A stretch of DNA of 63,614 nt, the filler included, from Perkinsus chesapeaki ATCC PRA-425 (lineage: Eukaryota; Protista; Perkinsozoa): NCBI GenBank assembly GCA_013115145.1. It is 10 parts of 10 records of this genome, joined end to end, with 100 filler letters (N's around TTAATTAATTAA, not from the genome) between each part and the next. Parts side by side here need not be neighbours in the genome. Positions count along the whole stretch, not along the records: positions 47,585 to 59,622 come from JAAPAO010000828.1; 9 more parts are not named here. One strand, 5' to 3'. Shown one piece after another: positions 47,823 through 58,993 of this stretch. Within the stretch, counting starts at the first letter, position 1; each line of letters starts with the position of its first letter. The notes beneath the pieces were generated by a model. That model had not been told where the DNA came from. It saw only the letters and a list, made by a program, of their open reading frames with translations, and did not search any database. Position numbers and translations under genes: made by a program.

Positions 47823-50800
47823 ATGGCTCTGGATGCTCAACGAGGTGCGCCGTTTACTAAAGAAGACGTTGCTGACCGTTTATTTAATAGCTTTCCTGAT
47901 GATCTTTGTGAAGACATACTACGTCGTTTCCGTAATTCTCCATCTTTGGAGGAATTGAAAGAAGCAGCTGAGCGCCATAATGCAGTATTACAACGTCGTG
48001 CTGTCCATGGTCGACAATCTAGACAATCTGCTGTTGATGTTATTAATGAAAATACTGCCTTGACAATGCCTGTTGACTCGGAGACGACTACTGGTGAGGC
48101 TACGGCGCAAACCAACTGCCGTCTTTTTATGAGCAATTTACGGTATGATGTTAGTGAAAAACAAGTGTTAGAAGCTCTTAGAAGTATCTTGAAACTGTCT
48201 GGTGTATCTCCTACTTCGGTCCGTCTTTTCCGTGACCGGAATTCTCCAGGTCGAAATCGTGGTATTGGTATAATCGAGTTTCGTGACCCTACTAGCGCCA
48301 CTAATGCCCTGTCATCTATCGATGGTAAAGCTGTTTTAGGACGTACATTACGTGTTCGCCGTGACAGTCCTGCTGCTAAACGTCGCCATACTGAAGAATC
48401 TGCCCAACCTACAACACCCATAGTTGCTGAAACTATTATTTCCTCTGGTGCTCCTGATACTCCAATGCCTGCTGCATCGACCCCCTCTCCACAAGCCCAA
48501 GCTGGTGGTCAACAAGATTCGACTGTCTCCCCAACAAGTGTGTGCTTGACGAATGAGAACCCTAGTTTGGTAGCTTCTTTAACGGAATCATTCTCTTTAA
48601 TGTCCAATGATGATGCTGTCCCTGTGGAAGTCCATTTGGACAAACTAATGAGATCTAGTCAGGTTGGACGGCATTCTACTGGTACGCTTACTGATATTTC
48701 AGCAGCTGTTCAATTAGCTGATGGCTCGTCGCATACTGTGCAATGGTTACTTGATAGCGGTGCGGCAGAGCATTTGGTTTCAGCTACAGTTGGTAACTTG
48801 TTGGTGGACTCACCATCTGTAAATCTCGCTCGCCCGGTGACACTCCTTTTCGCTAATGGCCAACAACAGAAGGTTGATGTAGCGCGCAGGGTGACTCTTC
48901 GTATTGGAAATGACTGTTATAATACTACAGTTCTTGTTGTTGATGGTTTAACACTTCCTGGAGTCTTGAGCCTTCATAAATTGGCTAAGGATGCGGGTTC
49001 TTTATCGTGGTTTATGTGTCCAGATGGTAGCGAATTATTGCAATTGGGACTTTCGAATGTGTTGAAACTTACTTCCCAAAATATCGCTTTGAATGCGAGC
49101 TGCCCCGTTTTTGTTGCCTTGTCTGATAGTGATGATAGCGATGATGTCAAATCTTTAAGAATGGCACTATCACCAATCGAACGTTGTGGAGAACATCATA
49201 ATGTTATACTGGCTAAGAATAAGGACAGTGATGATAATGAAGATGAAGAGAAGGCTGAGATCAAATTGGATTATGTTGTTGGCGATGACGGTAGTAAACG
49301 AGCCCGCGTTTCTTTGCCATGGCTGTCCTCAGCGAGGCCATCACCTACTGATAGAGGCTTGGGTAGGAATGCTTCTATCGCTAGGGATGTAGCCAACTGC
49401 CGACGCCTTCGTGAAATGGGTAGTACTTGGTTCGATGACTTTGAGAAGGAGTTGTTAGATATGCAAGATAAAGGTTATATTCGCCCACTAACGGCGGCAG
49501 AAGTGGCAGAAAACTTACCTGTGGCTAGTGTTGTCTTGGCATTACGTCCTGGACATAAGACCCAACCGGTGCGTATTACGATTGATGCGCGAGGAGTCAA
49601 TGCTCATTTGGACTCAGGCGATGTTAGTCTGCTCCGGAAGGCTCTTAAGACTATTCTTCTTCGTTGTCGACTTTCTCCACTGGCAGCATTCGAGGATGTG
49701 GCGCGGGCGTTCCCCCAACTGGTCCTGCATTTGCCTGATACCGTCAGCCTCAATTTTAGATGTAGTAATCGCTATTGGCGATGTATGCGATTACCCTTCG
49801 GCCTAACCTGCTCACCGGCATGTTTATGTATTGCTCTGCAGGATATCCGGTCTATCCTAATCTGTAACTATGGATCTACTACTGAAGCCTATTTTCCATA
49901 TATGGACGATTTACTATATACGGGTTGGTCCAGGTCGGTTCTTTCACAACGGCGTGAACGTGGAAGGAGTCTGCTACTTTCTCAGGCCAGCATGCATTGC
50001 CAGCCAGCCAAAAGCATTGAGTTTTCCGACCCAACCCTTAGGGAAGAGCCAGATTTCTCACATGTGAGTACGCAAGGTAGCTCTGTAGCACCTGATAGCT
50101 TGGTTGTTGATTCTCAGAAGCCTACTTCTACTGTACAACTTGGTTATGTTTGGTCTATTTCGGAGGATACTGTTACTGTGCAAAGGCCAGAAGCCAGTAA
50201 AGCTCCGACCACTCGTCGTGTTGCTTTTAAGCAGCTGTCCAAACTGTATGATCCTTTAGGCTTGTATATAGAGGTAGTGGCAAAGCAACGACTGTTACTG
50301 AGCCTTGCATCTAGTAATACCCAGTCTTGGGATACGACTGATATTGGGGAGGAACTTTCTCAGGCTATATGCAATTTTATACCGTCATCGTTACCACCAG
50401 TACCTCGATTTTGCGATCTGCGTCAAGGTCTTGTTATCTTTTGCGACGCAGCCGGTAATGGTTGTATCTGTTGTGATGCTCGTGGTGTAGCAGATGGACG
50501 CAGACTTACTGCTTATCAGGCTACTCTTAATCCAAAATGGTCGGTAGCAAGGCTGGAATTATGTGCATTGGTTGCTGGTAGCAAAATGTTACAAGAAGTT
50601 CTTCAACAGCGAGATGTAGTACTGGACAGCGGCACTAATATCCCTGACGTGTGGATTTGTACCGATTCTCAGTTAAATGCTTGGAGAATTAGGCGAAATT
50701 CCCGCTTTGATGAAAAATATCTCCCATTATTCGAGCGTCGACGAGTTCATTTACTTCGAACTTCCTTGTCAGCATTGGCTTCTGAGACTTCTATTCCTAT

Positions 50801-51803
50801 CCACTTAGCTCATATCCCAGGGCGGGAGAATCCTGCGGATAGGGGTACCAGACCATCTATTGACATGAATAGTGAGGTGATGAGTATGAATGGTGATGAT
50901 ATGCGATCTGTTCTTCAGAAAGTATCTGTGGTATCGACATATTCATCAACCAGCGAAGAAGATGACTGTTTCGATGAGTTTGATGCCGGCGACACTACTG
51001 AAGAAGAGCTATGTGTCTCATTCGTGGGAGCCATATCTACTCTCAAGAAAAGCATTTGTGACATTGTGCTGGATGACGAGTTGCTCAATTCTGTTCGCAT
51101 AGCTCAGGAGTTTTCCCCGCAAATTAATGAGCTACGTCAGAAAACTTCTTTGGATTTTCTTGGTTATGTGGTACAAGACGGTTTACTTCGTCGAGTTGGT
51201 AGTGTTGCACTAGACGATTCGAATCGTGGTAGCTGTGTCATTTCTCAGATTGTAGTCCCTGATGATAGAAGGGACTTGCAAATGGAGATTGTCAAGTATT
51301 TCCATGATTGGCATGGTGGACATCCCGGACGAACTGCTCTTATCCGCTGGATCTGGCGTCATTTTTATTGGAAGCAGTTAGACCAACGAGTTAGATCCTT
51401 TAATCGTAACTGCCTTGGTTGTCAAGCTAGGCAACAAGCAGCGACAAGAAGACGCGTCATGTCGTCTAGACCCCCTGCGTGTCCGGTTCGTTTTGGTCCA
51501 TTTGGTATCGTATATTTTGATAGTAGCGGTCCTTACCAATTCGTTTGTTCTGACGACGGTCACAGCAAATCTGGGAAACACTATGTATTCTCTGTGGTCT
51601 GCCAAGCTACTCGATTTATTCGCGTAGTAGCTTCTCCGGATAAGTCGGCTAAAGGAGCCGCACAGGCATTGTATCAACTACTTACTGAAGAAGGCCGACC
51701 AAATTTGGTAGTGGTTGACCAAGCTTTATGTACACCTGTCGTTGCAGCTGTGGTCAAGGATTTTGGTGGGTTACTCCTTCCCGCTCCACCTCGTGGCGAA
51801 TAA
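47823..51803 (+). CDS. Gag(RRM)-PR-RT-RNaseH-IN(partial) polyprotein, 1326 aa
   Basis: Uninterrupted ATG ORF ending at a TAA just before the integrase catalytic Glu. Confidence 0.85.
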   Translation: MALDAQRGAPFTKEDVADRLFNSFPDDLCEDILRRFRNSPSLEELKEAAERHNAVLQRRAVHGRQSRQSAVDVINENTALTMPVDSETTTGEATAQTNCRLFMSNLRYDVSEKQVLEALRSILKLSGVSPTSVRLFRDRNSPGRNRGIGIIEFRDPTSATNALSSIDGKAVLGRTLRVRRDSPAAKRRHTEESAQPTTPIVAETIISSGAPDTPMPAASTPSPQAQAGGQQDSTVSPTSVCLTNENPSLVASLTESFSLMSNDDAVPVEVHLDKLMRSSQVGRHSTGTLTDISAAVQLADGSSHTVQWLLDSGAAEHLVSATVGNLLVDSPSVNLARPVTLLFANGQQQKVDVARRVTLRIGNDCYNTTVLVVDGLTLPGVLSLHKLAKDAGSLSWFMCPDGSELLQLGLSNVLKLTSQNIALNASCPVFVALSDSDDSDDVKSLRMALSPIERCGEHHNVILAKNKDSDDNEDEEKAEIKLDYVVGDDGSKRARVSLPWLSSARPSPTDRGLGRNASIARDVANCRRLREMGSTWFDDFEKELLDMQDKGYIRPLTAAEVAENLPVASVVLALRPGHKTQPVRITIDARGVNAHLDSGDVSLLRKALKTILLRCRLSPLAAFEDVARAFPQLVLHLPDTVSLNFRCSNRYWRCMRLPFGLTCSPACLCIALQDIRSILICNYGSTTEAYFPYMDDLLYTGWSRSVLSQRRERGRSLLLSQASMHCQPAKSIEFSDPTLREEPDFSHVSTQGSSVAPDSLVVDSQKPTSTVQLGYVWSISEDTVTVQRPEASKAPTTRRVAFKQLSKLYDPLGLYIEVVAKQRLLLSLASSNTQSWDTTDIGEELSQAICNFIPSSLPPVPRFCDLRQGLVIFCDAAGNGCICCDARGVADGRRLTAYQATLNPKWSVARLELCALVAGSKMLQEVLQQRDVVLDSGTNIPDVWICTDSQLNAWRIRRNSRFDEKYLPLFERRRVHLLRTSLSALASETSIPIHLAHIPGRENPADRGTRPSIDMNSEVMSMNGDDMRSVLQKVSVVSTYSSTSEEDDCFDEFDAGDTTEEELCVSFVGAISTLKKSICDIVLDDELLNSVRIAQEFSPQINELRQKTSLDFLGYVVQDGLLRRVGSVALDDSNRGSCVISQIVVPDDRRDLQMEIVKYFHDWHGGHPGRTALIRWIWRHFYWKQLDQRVRSFNRNCLGCQARQQAATRRRVMSSRPPACPVRFGPFGIVYFDSSGPYQFVCSDDGHSKSGKHYVFSVVCQATRFIRVVASPDKSAKGAAQALYQLLTEEGRPNLVVVDQALCTPVVAAVVKDFGGLLLPAPPRGE

Positions 51804-52451
51804 TTACGTGGTTGGGGCGAACGCCCACACAAGGACTTGCACGCCATCTTGCGAGGAGCGTTATATGATTTTAGGACTCAGAACAAGCTGCCTACTGAGA
51901 CTGAATTCTTGCGCCTATTGTATCGTGCTGCTATGGTGGTTAATATGACTCCATTCGTAGATAACAGCCCGTTGTGTCCATTTATTCTCTGCAGGGGTCA
52001 TGATCGTCTTCTGGGTGATCCCAATGCAGCTGGTGATGCTGAATCTGTCAGACAAGCAGTGTATGATGGGTAACAACCTCCAGTCTGGTGGTCTGAACTT
52101 GATGCAGATGACTATGCGACTAAGTTAGCAGAAGGGCGCACTATCGCTCTTAGCGAGATGTCTGATATATGGTGGTTGAAGCGTAGAGCTGTGCGTGAGA
52201 AGTTGTTAGGCCGCGCATTGAGGAGAGCTGGTCGAGATCTACGCGAAGGCGCATGTGGTTTCCGATGGAGACCACAACTTGGCCCTTTCGGCAAATTGAA
52301 CACTGGCTGGGAACCAGTGACTCTGATCAAGAAGAAGAGTGATAGCGTCTGGCGTGTCAAGTTAGGAGATGGCAAAGAAGCTGATTAAGCTGTACTCAAT
52401 CTTCGTATTGTTGACTGACCATTTATGCAATCAACGGCGTCCCGCCGGGAG

Positions 52452-52588
52452 TGTGCCGGATACGGCAAAGTTTTGTGTAATGTCATCTTAACACAGTATC
52501 TTTTTTAGCTCTGTCTCCGGACGCTAGAATACCAAGTCTGGACACCATAATCTTAGTGTGTTTTTCTTATCACTACTTGGTAATTACA
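52452..52588 (+). repeat. Putative 3' LTR (TGT...ACA, about 137 bp)
   Basis: Follows the ORF end and a purine-rich CCGGGAG tract. The 5' LTR is not available for confirmation. Confidence 0.45.
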
Positions 52589-52611
52589 GTGTTACTCAAT
52601 TACCATCACAA

Positions 52612-53635
52612 CCTCTACCTCACCCCTCCCACTTCCCTCTAGGTCGGCCATCGCCACACACAGTTCGGCCTGACACCTCAGCCTCACAGAGTCACCCCTC
52701 CGCACAGACCAGAACAAGAGAAGTCATAGGCGGGATCTAGACAGCTTCACTCTCGGACTGAACGGCAAGCTAATCCGGGTCCCTCAGGACATGCCCAAGC
52801 CCGAATTGACCCTCTACCTCACCCTGCACTTCCCTCTAGGTCGGCCATCGCCACACACAGTTCGGTCTGACACCTCTAGCCCCACAGCTCAGTTGCTTGG
52901 CGCGATGCGGTGATCTGGAATCATAGGCGAAAGCAAATTCCCAGTTTGCGAAGGCAACCGCAAAGCGGAGTGACTGGGATCACTCAGAACAGGACTCGAT
53001 ATCTTAGCACGAATACGTCTCGAGGAACGCTTCCTAACCTTGGTTATTCTCTCACTCGAGATGATACGATTCGGTAAGTCTATATCCTTATTGGAACTCT
53101 TGCCGCTACGTGTCAACACCATAGTTACTAGTGAACACAATGCCTAACTCTATAGACAATTGCCGTAACCAGACCTTCAACTACGTTACTAGCGTACGAA
53201 GTATAACCACTAGCGGCTAGTAAACCTCAACACAGTCTACTAACTTAAGCTGTAGCCTAAGTCCCAGGCTAGTAAGAACCAGAAGCTCAACTCACTCCTG
53301 TCCTTAATCTAACCTAATGTGGCACGAGGCAAGCGCCTGCGCGGGGGCCTTAGCACGCATGCACAAATATGTGACGCCATCAGTGTCACGGCGCACAATA
53401 CAATAGCAGTAATAACAGAGTAATACCGTCGAGTATAAACACCGAAAAATCGTACAATGGTTCACGAGTCTCCGTACACTGCGCTGGAGCGCACATCTTG
53501 CAGGGCTAGGGAGCTAATCCGGGTCCTTCAGGACATGTCCAAGCCCGAATGGAACCTCCACCTAATCCTTCACTTACCTCTAGGTCGGCCATTGCCACTC
53601 ACAGTTCGGTCTACCCTGCCTGCAGGGCTAGGGAG
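52612..53635 (+). repeat. Three copies of a roughly 70-110-bp repeat (52612-52679, 52770-52870, 53514-53620)
   Basis: Shared core CTCTAGGTCGGCCATyGCCACwCACAGTTCGG. The third copy is flanked by a 15-bp direct repeat TGCAGGGCTAGGGAG (53499-53513 and 53621-53635). Confidence 0.8.
52889..53122 (-). CDS. Short basic ORF starting MVLTRSGK, possibly a TE Gag-like N-terminal remnant
   Basis: ATG at 53122, Arg/Ser-rich; sits among repeats. Confidence 0.2.
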   Translation of the reverse strand: MVLTRSGKSSNKDIDLPNRIISSERITKVRKRSSRRIRAKISSPVLSDPSHSALRLPSQTGNLLSPMIPDHRIAPSN

Positions 53636-53696
53636 AGCTTTGGGGGCGCGAGAAAAAAACTGCCCAATGCAAGAAAAAAGTTGACGCGCGCATGAA

Positions 53697-53723
53697 AATA
53701 TGCTTGCCTTCGGCAAGCATATT
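53697..53723. promoter_or_regulatory. 12-bp-stem hairpin upstream of the SPFH gene
   Basis: AATATGCTTGCC-TTC-GGCAAGCATATT, about 160 nt 5' of the ATG at 53881. Confidence 0.35.
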
Positions 53724-53880
53724 CCAGCCTCCCTTGAGAACTTACAGTTTCCTTATTGGTTTCGTGCCCGGTAGATCGCGCTCGCCCAAATAGGGAACCC
53801 GAAGGATGACCCGAATCCGGTCTCCTCCTCCTTCTCTTGGTGCTGTAACTCCCTTCAGTACTCTAACATCCCTTTACCCT

Positions 53881-55850
53881 ATGGGTTGCGTCCAAACCGT
53901 TCCCAACGATCGTGTTGCCGTAATCACTCGGTAGGCCTGGCCTGTAAAATTCACGCGCCACACAATTGTCATTCCAGGTTCGGAAAGTTTGACAGGCTCG
54001 CTCACCCCGGTCTCCTATGCCTCCCTATTCCTTGTATATGCGTTAGAGCTGGGGATGTGTCGGTGAGAATTCAGGAAACATCGATGACTTGCGAAACGAA
54101 AACTAAAGACAATGTTTTCGTCAGTATACAAGTGATGCCTCGATCGCAGATGGCTCCAAGTTGAGCTCAAGATACTTTTAGGTTGCAGTTCAATACGAAG
54201 TTATCAAGTCTAAGATTTACGAAGCCTTTTATCGCCTTCATAACCCTACGGTCCAGATCAACTCCTATGTCTTCGATGTTGTGAGGTCCACCGTTCCCTG
54301 CATGCTGCTGGATGACGTATTCGAGTCCAAGGATGAGGTCAGTCTCTCAGCGAGTCCTTTGAAATGCCAGAGTTAAAAAGCGAACCTTGTTGAATTCATA
54401 CCCGGTTGTAGTTCTCCTTCCTTATCAATTCTTCGATAGAATGAATTTGCGGGGGTCTCCATGATAGACCACCTTCAAGGCTTATCAAAAGGCGTAGCCC
54501 CGAGGTGTTCAATAATAACCGCTCCGAGCCCGACGGTTTCATCCGAGTTCGTTGTCCGACTGTTCATAAACCTTCCCCATAGTGTTTTCTTCCAGGTCGC
54601 CAAGCAAGTGAAGGACCAGCTGCAGAAAATTATGAGTGAATTCGGGTTCCAAATCAATCAAGCTCTTGTGACCGATATCTCCCCGAATCGTAAAGTCAGA
54701 GATGCCATGAACGAGATTAACGCCAATCGCAGGCTAAGGTACGTTCGAATAGCAGCCTCTCAGTTTGTGAATGAAGGGCTTTAGAGTTGCTGCCACTGAG
54801 AAGGCTGAGGCTGAGAAAGTGGTGATTGTTAAGCAAGCTGAAGCAGAAGCCGAGTCCAAGTACCTTCAGGGTCAAGGTAGGAGAGAATCCAGCGGTCGAC
54901 CATACTTTGCGGGTGTCTTTAATTTCGATGATTGGTCCGACTTGTACTACTCTGACGGCATACTACTATTTCCATGACGCAAGCTCGTCTGCCCGTGGTG
55001 GTCATCATCAAGAGTTTCACTAACTGCTTCTAAAAGACCAACATTATTATTGATGTGAATTAATTATTAGCCTGGTAAAATGTGGCCCCCCTCTGGTGAA
55101 GAGCGTCTTCTTGAATTCACTCATATTTGGCGTGTGTACTATTTGAAAATTCGATTAAAAGTCAAGAAAGTGCTTTCATACGATAAGATCTTCTAGGTGT
55201 GGCTCGTCAGCGTAAGGCTATTGTAGATGGTTTAAGGGAGTCAGTGGGGGATTTTCAAGAGGCTATTCATGAGATGTCTGCTAAGGACGTATTGGAATTG
55301 GTAATACGAACGGGACGAGGAAGTATGTATCTTGTGACGATAGTAACACCCAAGAGCTTAGAGTTGCTTGCGCGGCTTTTGCATTTAAATGGGGGATGCT
55401 GTATGAGACTGATACGTTTCAGTGTCCAGGAGGAGCAAAACCGATGTGGTGGCATTCTTTGTCTTGACTAGGATCGCCAAGCATGATATATTCGATATCC
55501 TTGGTGGAGAGGCAAAGGAGTCTGAAAAGACTATCACCTAAAAGCTTGGAATTTGTTATTCACAATGCCGCCTAACTAGTCTTTTTTGGCCTCGGAAAAG
55601 TGTAAAACTATCGCTCGCGCAGATTGGCTGGGCCGTTTGTTTGCATATTCGCCGAAACAGTTTTCTGACTTTTTCGAGTGTCTGTTTGTATTTGTTTATT
55701 CAGGTTCTTGTTACTCAGTACTTTGATACTTTGAAGGAGGTCGGAAGTTCCTCAAAGGCGAATACAGTGTTTGTGAGCACTTCACAAAAGGGTGTCACCG
55801 ATGAGATCAAGATGGGGGTGATGCAAGCTAGAGCTGGTTCTGGTCTGTAG
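53881..55850 (+). CDS. SPFH/band-7 protein, hypersensitive-induced-reaction (HIR)-like, 7 exons
   Basis: Spliced translation MGCVQTVPNDRVAVITR|FGKFDRLAHPGL...ETKTKDNVFVSIQ|VAVQYEV...YVFDVVRSTVP...FESKDE|...VTDISPN..VRDAMNEINANRRLR|VAATEKAEAEK...AEAESKYLQGQG|VARQRKAIVDGLRESV...|VLVTQYFDTLKEVG; all introns GT-AG. Confidence 0.92.
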
Positions 55851-57234
55851 GGTGTCTGCGCAGTATGGAAGATACGCAGCACACTTAAACGTGGAATGTC
55901 TTTCACAGTACGAGTAGTAGTTGTCATTGTAAACGCAGCATTGGTATCACGACGATGACGTCTGCTGAAGAAAAATTGAATCAGCTTTTTTAATTGGCTA
56001 AGTGCTTTGTGTTACGCTAGTTACAGAAGGAAAGAAAAAGACAAGGAATGCGCTTAATGTGTCTACACCTATTACATCTCACAAGTCCATCATTATCTCC
56101 ATGTACTGTCGGAAAGAGCAACAGGGAACGAGATACTTTATGAACTATGATATATCTGACACCTACGAGCCGTATCCTATATACTGATATCCTCATCACG
56201 GTAATGGTGTCGTTGTAATAAATTCTACATCGCTCGGTAGAAGGTTCAGGTTAGGTGACGTCACACATATTCCTTGGAGATACTTTGTGTCCCTCCGTTA
56301 CTTACTGAATACGATATAGCTTTTCTCGTGCTTTTTCTCAGCTGACCAACTCCTCCGAGAAATTATATTATCATTCTCTTCGAGCTTCTCCTCCTCGTTC
56401 ATTAAATGCTGACAAGTCGATGGCTTCTTACAGCGCGGAGGATACCGGCGGCAGCATTCTTCGGGAACTTGACTCACAGTAGGAAATTTGACGGTTTAAC
56501 TCTGACCGGGAGGACTGCCAGACTTGACATTCGCGCTGTTATGGTACGCTTGAGCCTGAATGTGTTATTTGCGATTCTCTTCATCATCATCAGCCTGCTC
56601 TGGAAGAAGGTTTTGATGGTGGAGTGAACGTGGCGAAGGAAGGGAAAATTAAATGGACGTTCACCGAGAATAACTCCAATGAGAGTAAGAAGATGACATT
56701 GGTTTGTAGCCGCATATCTGGATGTTTGCAACCGTCATGGTTTACATTATTGGCCGCTCTGGAACCGCGCGGTAATCTACTGTGTTCCTGCTTTATCTAG
56801 ACGGAAACCCTTATGAGGGAAATTTGTGTGCTGCTGATGTCCCTTGAAACAAGGGATGAATTGAAGTAAAATTCACTAAACTACTCACCCGTTAAATTCT
56901 GAATTTAGTGCGTACCCAAACATCCACTTAGTGAATGTTCAGCTCACTGTTGCCGCGTTAGTGACCCAAACAGTGTTTGGCACACATCAAGGGCCTCGAG
57001 GTCAATAACGTCGTATCGACAATGTTGTTGTCTTAATCGGCTTACTGTGTATCTTTCTGTCACACATTGCTTGTCTTCTATCGTATCCCAGGGCGGAGGA
57101 TTCTTCCCATCGCAGGTTTGATTAATCTTCCATATACATGCATTAACCATCTCTATACATAGTAGCTACACCCTTCTATGATATAAGCTCTCAGGTATAA
57201 CAGTTACCCTTCCACCAGCGACAATTGGGTCACT

Positions 57235-57836
57235 AATGCAGGCAACAACTTCAACAAAGCTATCTCTGGGTACGAAAGCAGCCGGACCTCCGAAGCATAT
57301 TCGTGGAGAGTTATCTCAGACTCGGTATTTCTATTAGGCACCTACTGGAAGATGCCGGAATACGCCCATCCGAATCTGCCAGCGAAGATCGAGATCGAGC
57401 CGTCTCTAGAGGAGAACACAGTTTTAATTTCAATCAGTCAGACTGCAGGCGCGGAGGTGAGTAGGTGTGGAAACTCACTTGCTGCTAATTGTGCTGCTTT
57501 CAGATGGACCATCACGAGGCTAAACGAATATCGGTCGAAGTGGGTCCCGGAGATCTCAAAGGAATTCAAATAGTTATGCAATCGGTAAACAGAACCGTCA
57601 GTTATACCGAAACACAGCTGCGAAAAACCTTTGAAGCGGTCGACAGTTTTTACCCTAAAGACTCGGCTTTCGTTTCGGCACCTCGCCGTCTAAGTGCCTC
57701 GTATTCGAGCACGTTCACCGGGGAGGGAATTCTGACAGAGATCCAGTGGTTGTTCTTAATAACCGTCCAGTGTTTGAGTCTCTTAGATGCTTCCTTATCT
57801 TTACGGATGGACGCTCATTCCCGTCGATGTCGGTGA
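57235..57836 (+). CDS. Hypothetical gene with at least two exons
   Basis: An exon ending QTAGAE|GTGAGT, spliced at TTTCAG|ATGGAC to ORF 57502-57836. Confidence 0.35.
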
Positions 57837-58971
57837 GAAGTGGGGAGAGACCAAGCAAAGGGGATACAGCGTAAAAAGTACCTCGCGTTTGGAGAATCGA
57901 GTTCTATTCAGGTCGGTCAGCGTCCGACGAGTCCTTCCCAATCTGGTGGTCCGAGCGCTGATGACTTCTTCGACTGAATGTTCATCGAAATGTGGTTGTC
58001 TTATTCATCGAGTTCCGGGAAGTTTCGACCACCTTGCAGCTTTCTTCGATGTTGAGTTTTTGCATCCTCGAATATCTTATCCGGTAGACTGTAACTACCG
58101 CTGGTGTTTGCCGCATGTGAGGTGAAACTCTCCTGTTGGAGGTGTCCCATCTATTAACCCGACTCGAACAACTAACAATTCCCGACCTCGCCGGTACCTC
58201 ACCCGGTCCAGACCTTCACTGATTTGTTTGATGACTTATCAAACGTTCCTCTATTCGACCGCTTAGAGACTCCAAGTTGGCGTATCCCTTCAGAAACGTA
58301 GATTAGATGGAATGACGGCCGAGCAGACACAGCCGATCAGCGATCGCCCTCGATGGCCTTCGTAAGGGGGGTCGGAGGTCTCTCGACCGCTAAATGGTCC
58401 GATCTTATCACACTTCGAGCAGAGCTTTCGAACCCCTCATCGTTAATCCGGTAACCCGGAGGGCGAGACCTTACACCACCATAACGTGAACTCAACAGCT
58501 GGTTCATGTATAATATGAAGCGAGACTGAAAACCTTGCTAATGCTCGTTACAGATATGAGCGCGCCACGCAGCAACTTATGAGGAGTACACCGCGATGAA
58601 TCAAGACTTATAATTAACATGGTACTTCACTAGCAGCAATCAATGCAGTTAGCCTTGCATCTTAGAAAGTGAAGGAAGCAGGGGGGTAATGCCAGCCCTC
58701 CATTGCCACAGGCTCTACAGAAACCGCAGTCACTTTTTTGTCGAGCTGCCTGATTCTGCTAGGGTTGCTATCAGACAATGTCGTGTAGCATAAACAAAGT
58801 AGTAAGTAGTAGAGTATGGTATGTTTGAGTAGGCTTGGTGACATACTGAAATTGTTACTAACAAATGAAAGATGAATACTAGGTAAACAAGAGATGATAA
58901 AACCTTCCGGAAATGTGGGAAGACTTACCAATCTCTATGCAGCTACCCTCATAGCTCATAGCTACATGTGT

Positions 58972-58993
58972 GGGAGTAGCTATAGCTACTCCC
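58972..58993. repeat. Perfect 22-bp palindrome
   Basis: GGGAGTAGCTA|TAGCTACTCCC. Confidence 0.8.

Larger units (their letters stand above)
47585..52588 (+). mobile_element. BEL/Pao-type LTR retrotransposon, 5' end lost in a gap
   Basis: A single frame from 47586 to 52418: Gag, RRM, protease LLDSGA, RT (FEDVARAFPQL, YMDD), LYDPLGL, RNase H (IFCDA, ARLELCAL, TDS, NPADRGTR), and integrase HHCC, FDSSGP, VVDQ, GWGER. LYDPLG and NPAD are Pao hallmarks. Confidence 0.9.

Noticed and set aside
47837-48421. Long antisense ORFs, also 8875-9318, 18819-19343, 21017-21451 and 44656-45432
   Set aside because: Shadows of well-supported genes on the opposite strand, with no motifs of their own.
57600-58130. 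Minus-strand SKKSSALGPPDW resembling the non-LTR RT KAPGPDG motif
   Set aside because: No further RT motifs align, there are several stops, and a spliced plus-strand gene overlaps part of the region.
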